Part shown: one piece after another, positions 18,966-27,375 of the stretch
How positions within the stretch are numbered: position 1 is the first letter of the stretch
Layout of the letters: every line of letters begins with the position of its first letter
Virus record (IMG/VR): IMGVR_UViG_3300046357_000001
Span: 1-62,216 of that record
Strand: one strand, 5' to 3'
DNA from: a virus
Lineage: Duplodnaviria > Caudoviricetes
DNA length: 62,216 nt
The notes under the pieces: model-generated
The model's database searches: none
What the model was told of the DNA's origin: nothing
Seen by the model: only the letters and a program-made list of their open reading frames with translations
Program-made: the position numbers and the translations under genes

Positions 18966-19180
18966 AATGGTTGCTACTGTTCGCTGCCTTTGTAGCATTC
19001 ATCCTGATGGCTGGGTGTGAAGACCGGTATCGGTACACTTGCCAGAATCCTGACCACTTCGGCGATGCTGAGTGCCAGAAGCCGCGTTGCCAGTTCACAC
19101 AGACTTGCCCCGAATATCTTGTAGCCCCAGTCTTGGAGAGAAAACTTGAACCACAACCCGCTGCCTCGGCTGACCGCTGA
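18962..19180 (+). CDS. Small Cys-rich lipoprotein
   Basis: Signal peptide with lipobox MAG|C and four further Cys. Confidence 0.65.
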   Translation: MKWLLLFAAFVAFILMAGCEDRYRYTCQNPDHFGDAECQKPRCQFTQTCPEYLVAPVLERKLEPQPAASADR

Positions 19181-19607
19181 AGAATTTGAGTCCCGCATCT
19201 GGGGCTTTGTCGTTGTCCTTGTCTCGCTGATCTTGGCGGGCATTGTGTTTGCCCTGCTCTATTCTGTGACGTTCGTGGTGCAGCCGATCAAGTCAATGGC
19301 CCCCATCGACATTGCTTACACAAAAATGCTCAATGACATCGTGCTCTTGATCGTTGGCGGTATCGGTGGTGTGATGAGCAAGAAGGGCGTGCAAGCCGTA
19401 GCCCACGCGATGTCAACTCCTGCGGTAAACCCCTGCCCCCCGACTACATACACTCCCCCCGTTTCTTCTGGCGCTTTACCTGTATGGGTGAATCCTGCTT
19501 TGGATGAAACATGGGTGCCCGGCCCTCCACCTACTACAGCCCCTGAACACTTGGAGTCCGACGATGTCCGATCTGAAATCGCAGCAGCACGGGCTGAGCC
19601 AAAATGA
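19146..19607 (+). CDS. Two-TM membrane protein, holin candidate
   Basis: Two hydrophobic segments, located in the lysis cluster. Confidence 0.5.
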   Translation: MNHNPLPRLTAEEFESRIWGFVVVLVSLILAGIVFALLYSVTFVVQPIKSMAPIDIAYTKMLNDIVLLIVGGIGGVMSKKGVQAVAHAMSTPAVNPCPPTTYTPPVSSGALPVWVNPALDETWVPGPPPTTAPEHLESDDVRSEIAAARAEPK

Positions 19608-20029
19608 TTCCAAGCCCTTGGATGATTCTGGGGTCTATCGCTGTCGCAATCAGTGCATATTTCTACGGCCACCATGCAGGCTATGCACAAAAGACGACGG
19701 AGGACGCCTTGGAAATTGCCCGTCTAAACGGGTTGATGGCACAAGCCAAGAATGAACAGGATGCCAAAGATGCTGAAACCAAACAAACTTTTGAAACTAA
19801 GCTGTCTGGCATTCTTGCTAGCCGCCCAAGGTTGTTCGTCCCCATCAGCCCCTCGGCTGGATGTTCCCCCGCTACCGCCAACGCTGGTCAAGCGAGAGCC
19901 GAACTTGACGGACAGACTGCTGAAGACCTTATCCGGATCGTCGCCGACGGCGATCGTGCCATCATCGACCTCAACTCCTGCGTCGACCGCTACAACCAAG
20001 TAAGGGACATTGCAAATGGTCAGCGTTGA
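19604..20029 (+). CDS. Rz-like inner-membrane spanin
   Basis: N-terminal TM and coiled coil, RAELD...IVADGDRAIIDLNSC, adjacent to the endolysin. Confidence 0.75.
   Translation: MIPSPWMILGSIAVAISAYFYGHHAGYAQKTTEDALEIARLNGLMAQAKNEQDAKDAETKQTFETKLSGILASRPRLFVPISPSAGCSPATANAGQARAELDGQTAEDLIRIVADGDRAIIDLNSCVDRYNQVRDIANGQR
19770..20003 (+). CDS. Rz1-like outer-membrane spanin embedded in Rz (+1 frame)
   Basis: KLSCLAFLLAAQG|C lipobox then Pro-rich SSPSAPRLDVPPLPP. The start could be 19752, 19761 or 19770. Confidence 0.7.
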   Translation: MLKPNKLLKLSCLAFLLAAQGCSSPSAPRLDVPPLPPTLVKREPNLTDRLLKTLSGSSPTAIVPSSTSTPASTATTK

Positions 20030-20612
20030 ACAACTCAAAAAACTAGGCATCGGCCCTCAATGGGTAGATGCACTGAACGAAACCTTTAACCGTTTCCATA
20101 TTGACACACCACGTCAGCAAGCTGCTTTCATCGGGCAGTGCGGGCACGAGTGCGGCAACTTCCGTATCTTGGAAGAGAACCTGAACTACAAAGCCGCCAC
20201 GCTGATGAAGCTGTGGGCTAAGCGTTTTCCGTCACTAGAGATTGCGAGTCAATATGCCGGAAACCCAAAGAAGATTGCCAATATGGTTTATGCCAGTCGC
20301 ATGGGCAACCGCGATGAACAATCAGGCGATGGATACCGCTTTCGAGGCCGTGGATGCATACAGCTTACAGGCTCTGCAAACTACTTTTACGCTGGCCAAG
20401 CGCTTGGCATTGACTTCATGTCCGATCCAGAACAAGTAGCTACCCCAAAGTTCGCTGCGCTGACTGCTGGCTGGTTCTGGTCTACGCATAACTGCAACGC
20501 TTTGGCTGAAGCTGCCGACTGGACTGGCCTTACAAAGAAGATCAACGGCGGGACTATTGGGCTAGACGACCGTATCTCCCACACCCACTTGGCGCTTAAC
20601 GTGCTTGCCTGA
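20016..20612 (+). CDS. Endolysin, glycoside hydrolase family 19
   Basis: AAFIGQCGHEC, EENLNY, DGYRFRGRGCIQLTG, TKKINGG. Confidence 0.9.
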   Translation: MVSVEQLKKLGIGPQWVDALNETFNRFHIDTPRQQAAFIGQCGHECGNFRILEENLNYKAATLMKLWAKRFPSLEIASQYAGNPKKIANMVYASRMGNRDEQSGDGYRFRGRGCIQLTGSANYFYAGQALGIDFMSDPEQVATPKFAALTAGWFWSTHNCNALAEAADWTGLTKKINGGTIGLDDRISHTHLALNVLA

Positions 20613-20639
20613 CACCACGCTTAGTGAGAAAATCCAGCC

Positions 20640-22817
20640 ATGCCTCTACAGAAACTCCAATTCCGCCCCGGTGTTAACCGAGAAGGCACAACCCTCGCCA
20701 ACGAGGGAGGCTGGTTCGACTGCGACAAGGTCCGGTTTCGTTCAGGGTTCCCTGAAAAGATTGGTGGGTGGGCGCTTGACACTGGCGGTTCTGCGGCTAG
20801 TTTGCAACCCCCTGCCGGCGCGTATTGGGGGGTTGCTCGTTCGATGACCAACTGGGATACCCTTGCTAGACAAAACTTGCTGGCCGTAGGCACCAATCTG
20901 AAATACTACATTCAAAACGGCCCTAATGGTCCGCTCTACGATGTCACGCCAATCCGAGACACTAACGTAAGTGTGCCCAACGTTTTCAGCACGACCAACG
21001 GTTCGACAACAGTACGGGTAACTGACCCCGGCCACGGCGCGGAGAACCATGACTTCGTTACGGTTTCTGGTGTCTCTGGTGCGGTCAACGGCATTCCTGC
21101 TGCGAGTCTCAACCAAGAGTTCCAGATTACGTACCTGAACTCGAACCAGTACAACATCATCGTTGGGGCTCCTGCAACATCTTCGGGCACTACGGGGACC
21201 GCCACCCTGACATACCAGATAAATGTAGGGTTGGACGTGTACACCTTCGCTACAGGTTGGGGTGCAGGTAGTTGGGGCGGCGTTGCTTCTGGGTCCGTGA
21301 CGGATACGCTAAACGGCTCCATCAACAGTAGCGCAACTTCTATTGCGCTGGCTTCCCCTGCCGGTTTTATATCCGCAGGCACTGTCGTTATTGACGCCGA
21401 GGCCGTCACATACTCAGGTATCGCAGGAAGTACCTTGACTGGTTGTGTTCGCGGCGTAAACGGTTCTATGGCCACAGCACATGCTTCTGGGGCTACTGTT
21501 ACGCAGGTTACGAGCTCGTTCTCTGGGTGGGGCACCTCGGCTAACTCTGGCGCCGTTGGACAGCAGCTGCGTCTTTGGAGCCAAGCTAACTACGGCGAGA
21601 ATTTAATCTTCAACCCCCGTAACGGGGCAATGTATTACTGGGACGTAAACGCCAACGTCAACACATTCGACCGAGCGGTTGAAATGAAGGCTGGAAATAT
21701 GGTAGGCGGGGCAGTGATGGATGCCACAACGCCGTCGCTTGCTTCTTTTGTTATGGTGTCGGATGCCTCGCGCTTCGTGATCTGTTTTGGGTGTAATGAC
21801 CCGACAGGCATGTATGCCACGACCGCGCAAGACCCCTTACAGATTCGTTGGTCTCAGCAAGAACAGTACTACACGTGGACCCCGGCGGCGACCAACCAAG
21901 CGGGCGATTACCGTTTGAGTAACGGCTCTCAAATTATTTCTGCGGTACAGACCCGCCAAGAGATTTTGGTGTTCACTGACGCGGCCGTGTACTCTATGCA
22001 GTACCTTGGCCCACCCTACGTCTGGGGCTTCCAGATCCTTGGCAGCAACATTTCTATCATGGGGCCTAATGCTGCTCAGACTGTCAACAACGTGACCTAT
22101 TGGATGGGTACGGACAAGTTCTACATGTACTCAGGCCGTGTCGAAACGCTCCCTTGCGCACTGCGCCAATACGTTTTTGACGACATCAATATGGACCAAG
22201 CGTTCCAGTTCTTCGCTGGTACGAACGAAGGGTACAACGAAATCTGGTGGTTCTACTGCTCACTCAACAGCACCGTGATTGACAAGTACGTAGTCTTCAA
22301 CCATCTTGAGCGCACTTGGTATCCCGGTACCATGAGCCGTAGCGCTTGGCTTGACAGCCCTCTCCGCACTCAACCTATGGCCACCCCCTACAACGGGCAG
22401 TTGGTGTACCACGAAACAGGTAATGATGACGGCACGACAACACCGCCAAGCGCGATCGTTTCCTACTGCCAGTCGTCCGACTTCGATATTGGTGATGGCC
22501 ACAATTTTGGCTTTGTGAGCCGCATCATCCCTGACGTCACATTTGATGGCTCGACTTCGGAGGCGCCATCACTCACATTCGGGGTACGCCCACGCCAGAA
22601 CCCCGGCGCTAACTACGGTATTGCAGACTACCCAGTGGTGACCAGCGGCAACAACTACTCCAATATCCGTGCATACAACGTACAACGCTTTACCGAGTAT
22701 GTTTACGTACGGGTTCGTGGTCGCCAAATGGCGTTCAAAATCAGCTCAAGTGACTTAGGCGTGTCGTGGCAGCTTGGCGCTCCCCGCCTCGATGTCCGTC
22801 CTGACGGCCGGAGATAA
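20640..22817 (+). CDS. Tail hub/nozzle (packaged-DNA stabilisation, P22 gp10-like) protein
   Basis: 725-aa beta-propeller-like sequence (KVRFRSGFPEKIGGW...IRWSQQE...RVRGRQ...DGRR) preceding the ejection genes. Confidence 0.65.
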   Translation: MPLQKLQFRPGVNREGTTLANEGGWFDCDKVRFRSGFPEKIGGWALDTGGSAASLQPPAGAYWGVARSMTNWDTLARQNLLAVGTNLKYYIQNGPNGPLYDVTPIRDTNVSVPNVFSTTNGSTTVRVTDPGHGAENHDFVTVSGVSGAVNGIPAASLNQEFQITYLNSNQYNIIVGAPATSSGTTGTATLTYQINVGLDVYTFATGWGAGSWGGVASGSVTDTLNGSINSSATSIALASPAGFISAGTVVIDAEAVTYSGIAGSTLTGCVRGVNGSMATAHASGATVTQVTSSFSGWGTSANSGAVGQQLRLWSQANYGENLIFNPRNGAMYYWDVNANVNTFDRAVEMKAGNMVGGAVMDATTPSLASFVMVSDASRFVICFGCNDPTGMYATTAQDPLQIRWSQQEQYYTWTPAATNQAGDYRLSNGSQIISAVQTRQEILVFTDAAVYSMQYLGPPYVWGFQILGSNISIMGPNAAQTVNNVTYWMGTDKFYMYSGRVETLPCALRQYVFDDINMDQAFQFFAGTNEGYNEIWWFYCSLNSTVIDKYVVFNHLERTWYPGTMSRSAWLDSPLRTQPMATPYNGQLVYHETGNDDGTTTPPSAIVSYCQSSDFDIGDGHNFGFVSRIIPDVTFDGSTSEAPSLTFGVRPRQNPGANYGIADYPVVTSGNNYSNIRAYNVQRFTEYVYVRVRGRQMAFKISSSDLGVSWQLGAPRLDVRPDGRR

Positions 22818-22819
22818 GC

Positions 22820-23152
22820 ATGGCCAGCAAAACATTCGTTGCCCCGCGCCTACCTGCTGCACCGGTTGAGTACAACCAGCAGTTCATGGACCAGCTGACA
22901 AACATCTTACGTCTGTACTTCACTCAGCTGGACAACCCGTCCCCTATGTTGGCGGCTTCTCAGAACGTTGGCTCCACAACACAGCCTGTAATTTCTGGTT
23001 TGACGTTTGCGCAACCAGACCCCGCTAACCCCGGGCAATCAAAGATCAGTTTGCCCACCCAAGCGGACCTTGCCAATCTTCGTTCAGGCGATGTTTACCA
23101 CGACACTTCCGGCGGCGTAGCTACTAGCTATCCCCTCCGCATCAAGGCATAA
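22820..23152 (+). CDS. Hypothetical virion protein
   Basis: PRLPAAPVEY...ILRLYFTQLD. Confidence 0.65.
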   Translation: MASKTFVAPRLPAAPVEYNQQFMDQLTNILRLYFTQLDNPSPMLAASQNVGSTTQPVISGLTFAQPDPANPGQSKISLPTQADLANLRSGDVYHDTSGGVATSYPLRIKA

Positions 23153-23182
23153 TGTGCCCAACCCTAAATATACGAGGCAAAT

Positions 23183-24697
23183 ATGAGCCTGCACCACGCT
23201 GCACAACACTTAGCTGAACAAGGCCGCAACGGCGACTCCATGCTCGTTCACATGACACCTCATGAAGTGTCAGGACTGCAAACACTGCTGCAATCCAAAG
23301 GGCGTGATCTGACGGTCAACCCCCACACAGGACTGCCTGAAGCATGGTTTGGTAGCGATCTGGGCGGTTCGTTGTACGATTCTGCTAAAGGTATTACGAG
23401 CGGTATTGGCGGTGCGATACAAGACATGACCAGCTCCCCAATCGGTTCTATGCTTGTCGGTGCCGCGTTGGTAGCTTGCGGTGTCCCGCCTCAGTTTGCG
23501 GGTTTGGCTACCGGCGCAATGTCTTACGGGTCTGGTAACAGCTTCAAGCAAAGCGTTGGTAGTGGCCTAGCCGGTCAAGGCGGCGGTAGTATGGTTAACT
23601 CGGCAGGCTATGCCGGAGCACTGAACCCTTCGGATGCAGTGGCTGCTACTTCCCCGGGCGGAGCCGTCCCTGCCGCAGTGCCCGGCACACCTACCGTAAC
23701 TTCAGCCGACGTTTTAAACACAGCCCCAGTTACAGCCCCAGTTGACGTTTCGGGCGCAGCCCCAGTTACAGCCCCAGTTACAGCCCCAGTTACGGCCACA
23801 GCCGCCGCTCCTGTTTCTCAACTAACAGACAGACAGCTCATGAACAGCGCCGCAGGTTACGGCGAAGGCATGACAGGCGCTTCTACATATGACGCAGGTT
23901 TAGCCGCAGGTTCCGGCAGCGGTGCCGCAACACAAGCTGCTTCCAGTGGGTTTATGGATACTGCCAAAGGCTACTACGATGCCGCCGGTAAATGGGTTGC
24001 TGCAAATCCCGGTTACGCCATGATGGGTGCAGCGGGCGTTGGTGCTTTGGCAGGAGGCGCTGGAAAACAACCTACTGTAGACCCGGGGAATCCATACGAA
24101 GGCGCGTACATTCGTCCGTACACCTACGATCAAAAAACGGGCAAACTAACACAAATCACTCCTGTAAAAGCCCCCGTCAAAATAGCTCAAGGCGGCTTGC
24201 TGTCAATTGCTGGTGGCGGCCCCGTTGAACAAATGTCGAACCAGAATGCTGTTGGGGCTAATCAAAACTACCCAATGGCCGGCATCAACCAAGCAGCGTA
24301 CGCCACACCGTACCAGACCCCAATGAGCCAGAACGTGCTGACGGGTTCCAGTGATGTCGCGGTCGATCCATACACAGGTGAGCAGAAGTTCGCGGCTGGT
24401 GGCGGTATCTCTTCTTTGGGCGGCTACTCTGATGGGGGTCATCTGCTAAAAGGCCCCGGCGACGGAGTTTCGGATTCAATCCCTGCGACCATTGGCGACC
24501 GCCAGCCTGCACGTTTGGCTGACGGTGAGTTCGTCGTCCCTGCCCGTATCGTATCGGAACTGGGCAACGGCTCCACGGATGCTGGCGCACGTCAGCTCTA
24601 CAAAATGATGGAGCGCATCCAAACCGCACGCGGCAATACGGTAGGCAAAAATAAAGTAGCCACCAACACCCGTGCAGCAAAACATCTTCCAGCGTAA
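23183..24697 (+). CDS. Putative internal virion/ejection protein
   Basis: GRNGDSMLVH...NPHTGLPEA, GPGDGVSDSIPA...LADGEFVVPA; A/G-rich. Confidence 0.6.
   Translation: MSLHHAAQHLAEQGRNGDSMLVHMTPHEVSGLQTLLQSKGRDLTVNPHTGLPEAWFGSDLGGSLYDSAKGITSGIGGAIQDMTSSPIGSMLVGAALVACGVPPQFAGLATGAMSYGSGNSFKQSVGSGLAGQGGGSMVNSAGYAGALNPSDAVAATSPGGAVPAAVPGTPTVTSADVLNTAPVTAPVDVSGAAPVTAPVTAPVTATAAAPVSQLTDRQLMNSAAGYGEGMTGASTYDAGLAAGSGSGAATQAASSGFMDTAKGYYDAAGKWVAANPGYAMMGAAGVGALAGGAGKQPTVDPGNPYEGAYIRPYTYDQKTGKLTQITPVKAPVKIAQGGLLSIAGGGPVEQMSNQNAVGANQNYPMAGINQAAYATPYQTPMSQNVLTGSSDVAVDPYTGEQKFAAGGGISSLGGYSDGGHLLKGPGDGVSDSIPATIGDRQPARLADGEFVVPARIVSELGNGSTDAGARQLYKMMERIQTARGNTVGKNKVATNTRAAKHLPA
23720..23793 (+). repeat. 12-nt coding repeat (acagccccagtt, encoding TAPV)
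   Basis: About five full or partial copies visible. Confidence 0.8.
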
Positions 24698-24706
24698 GGA
24701 ACCGAC

Positions 24707-25789
24707 ATGGCAACCCCAACCACAGTAACGCAGTACCAAACGGCCGTAGCGCCGGAACTAGCGCCGTACGTACAACAGTCCCTTGGGTCACAAGCGGCAC
24801 GTACCTACAAATACGAAACCGACGCGAACGGTCAAACTGTTCTTGACGAAAGCGGCTTACCCAAAATTGCGGGTTTTCAAACAGCTCCGGTGTATACAGG
24901 GGAGCGCAACGCTGCTTTCCAAGACTTACAAAACCAGTCCTTTCAAGGTGCAAAAGACCTCGGTGTAAGCGGTACGTCGGTAAACGCCGCGCAGGGATTG
25001 CAGGGCTTGGCTCAACAAGCAGGCACCCTCAACTACCAAGGTACGCAGTACAACCCGCAAGACTTCCAAAGTCAAATGGGTGGGTACATGAACCCCTACT
25101 TGCAACAGTCGTTGGCTCCTCAGCTGGCTGAAGCAAACCGCCAATATGACATCTCGGGTCAAAAATCAAATGCTCAAGCGGTAGGTGCCGGTGCGTTTGG
25201 CGGTAGTCGCCAAGGTTTGATGGCTGCTGAAAACGAGCGCAACCGCAACATGGGCTTGAATAGCATCATTGGGCAGGGCTACAACACCGCGTTCAACAAT
25301 GCGCAGCAGCAGTACAACCAGACCAATGCGCTGAACACCAACCAACAACAGTTCGGTGCTAACTACCAGTTGCAAGGTTTGCAGGCCGGGCTGTCAGGTT
25401 ATGGAGCGTTGGGTTCACAAGGCCAAAACTTGTACAACCAGAACGTTGGCAACATCACGATGCAAAACCAGATGGGTACGCAGCAGCAGCAAAATGTGCA
25501 GAACATTGCGAACACTGACTACCAGACGTGGTTAGATAGCCAAAACTATGCGCAAAAGAACATGGACACGATGCAGAGCTACATTCGTGGCACCCCTATG
25601 AACACCGTGGGCAGCAGCACCACAGCCGCCGCCCCTTCAACCGCGTCTCAGATCGCAGGACTTGGCACCGCAGCTGCTGGTGCGTACGGTATGTACAAAA
25701 GCATGGGCAAGGCAAAGGGTGGAGCAATCAAAGCGAAAAAACCAGCGGCGGGTGGTCTAGAAGCCTTGGCCTTGTCCCAACTTGCTTGA
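24707..25789 (+). CDS. Putative DNA ejection protein
   Basis: Q/N/G-rich, YMNPY, GAFGGSRQ, TAAGGA RBS. Confidence 0.6.
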   Translation: MATPTTVTQYQTAVAPELAPYVQQSLGSQAARTYKYETDANGQTVLDESGLPKIAGFQTAPVYTGERNAAFQDLQNQSFQGAKDLGVSGTSVNAAQGLQGLAQQAGTLNYQGTQYNPQDFQSQMGGYMNPYLQQSLAPQLAEANRQYDISGQKSNAQAVGAGAFGGSRQGLMAAENERNRNMGLNSIIGQGYNTAFNNAQQQYNQTNALNTNQQQFGANYQLQGLQAGLSGYGALGSQGQNLYNQNVGNITMQNQMGTQQQQNVQNIANTDYQTWLDSQNYAQKNMDTMQSYIRGTPMNTVGSSTTAAAPSTASQIAGLGTAAAGAYGMYKSMGKAKGGAIKAKKPAAGGLEALALSQLA

Positions 25790-25796
25790 GGAAAAT

Positions 25797-27278
25797 ATGC
25801 AGAATTCAATGACACCTTACCAGCCCGGTCCTAACGTAGACAGCACAACCGCGCTGTTGATCGGCATGAAACAAAAGGGCACGTTGCAGAGCTACGTTGC
25901 CTCACACCGAGGTACTCCCGAGTACCCTTCGTTGCTAGCGCTGGCTTCCAGCATCAACAATATCAGTGCTGCTAACCAAGCCGCCAAATACCAACAGCCG
26001 ACACAAACGGTGGCGGAGCAACGCTTGGCAGGTCTCGCGCCACAGCAACAACAAGCACTTCCTGAAAACAGCGGTATCGGCCAACTCCCCGCTGACAACC
26101 TCAAAGGTATGGCAGGCGGCGGCATCGTTGCGTTTGACGAAGGTGGTGAAATTCCTCGCTACTATGACGGCGTGCTGGTTAAAGACACAGATGTCAGATC
26201 TGCTTACGATAAGTGGATGGCTGCAAAACCCTCTTACTTTCAACAAGTAACCCCCACATCCGGCCCACGCGAAGCCGACGCTAAAGCCGAGTACGAGCGA
26301 GTGTTAAACGCTTACCATACTAGACCAAACGTAAGTCAACCGGGCGCTGCTATGGCCGTGGCACAAACGGCTGCGCCTATTTCAGATACAAAAGTTGCCG
26401 ATACGAAGGTTGTCGATAAAGGCAAAAAAGAAAAAGCAAGTGCCGACGTTCCTAGCGTTGTCTCAGCGGACAAAGGTCGCCCTGCGGTTAGCACTCCATC
26501 CGCTCCAGTAGCCGGATTAGACGCGTTGGCTACGGCCTACAAACAATCGACTCCAGAAGAGTTAATGAAGACCTCACGCACACTGGCCGCGGATGCCAAC
26601 AAAGAGTCCGAGGCGGCGTACAACCCCTACGCTGAGATGCTTCAAAAAGAACGCGCAGACTTAACTGCGCGTTCCAGTGACAACAAAAACATGGCTTTGC
26701 TCCGTGCCGGCCTTGGCATGATGGGTGGAACTTCTCAACACGCACTACAGAACATCAGCAAGGGCGGGCTTGAAGGCATGAATGCCTATCAAGAATCACA
26801 ACGTCTGGACGATGCATCCAAAAAAGCCTTGATGGGTTCCGAAATTGCCATGATGCAAGCCCAACGCGCAGAGCGTAGCGGCAACCACAAAGACGCCGTG
26901 GCAATCTTGGGTCAAGCGGAGCACAGCAAAGAGTTTGGTATTACCGCGGGTATGAAAGCACAAGAACTCAAGCAGACCGGCGCGTATCAACAAGGTATGG
27001 TGGATGTTTACAAAGGGCGTAACGAACTTCTTGGCTCAGGTAGCAAGCACGAAGAAAAAAAGATGGCGGAATACACCAAGATCCAAAACGCTGTTACAAA
27101 GCAGTTGGCCGGGGACACGGCTTATGGTATGTTGCCTGAAGCAAAGAAGGCTGCGTATGCGTCAAAAATGCTGCAAGAAGCTATTGCACGCAACCCTTTC
27201 TTGGCTTCAACAAATACAGGGTTTGTACCAAGTTCCGCAGCAGGATCCGTTAAAGGGGACTACGACATACAGCCGTAG
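25797..27278 (+). CDS. Putative DNA ejection protein
   Basis: GAGG RBS before ATG 25797, MAGGGIVAFDEGG, ALLRAGLGMM. Confidence 0.6.
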   Translation: MQNSMTPYQPGPNVDSTTALLIGMKQKGTLQSYVASHRGTPEYPSLLALASSINNISAANQAAKYQQPTQTVAEQRLAGLAPQQQQALPENSGIGQLPADNLKGMAGGGIVAFDEGGEIPRYYDGVLVKDTDVRSAYDKWMAAKPSYFQQVTPTSGPREADAKAEYERVLNAYHTRPNVSQPGAAMAVAQTAAPISDTKVADTKVVDKGKKEKASADVPSVVSADKGRPAVSTPSAPVAGLDALATAYKQSTPEELMKTSRTLAADANKESEAAYNPYAEMLQKERADLTARSSDNKNMALLRAGLGMMGGTSQHALQNISKGGLEGMNAYQESQRLDDASKKALMGSEIAMMQAQRAERSGNHKDAVAILGQAEHSKEFGITAGMKAQELKQTGAYQQGMVDVYKGRNELLGSGSKHEEKKMAEYTKIQNAVTKQLAGDTAYGMLPEAKKAAYASKMLQEAIARNPFLASTNTGFVPSSAAGSVKGDYDIQP

Positions 27279-27375
27279 ACTTCGCTAGGTAGTTATGCCA
27301 AAATAAGCACACAGCGCCTCGGCCTGACCAGCTGGGGCGTTCCCACATCCAAGGTCCACACAATTTAAGATACAT

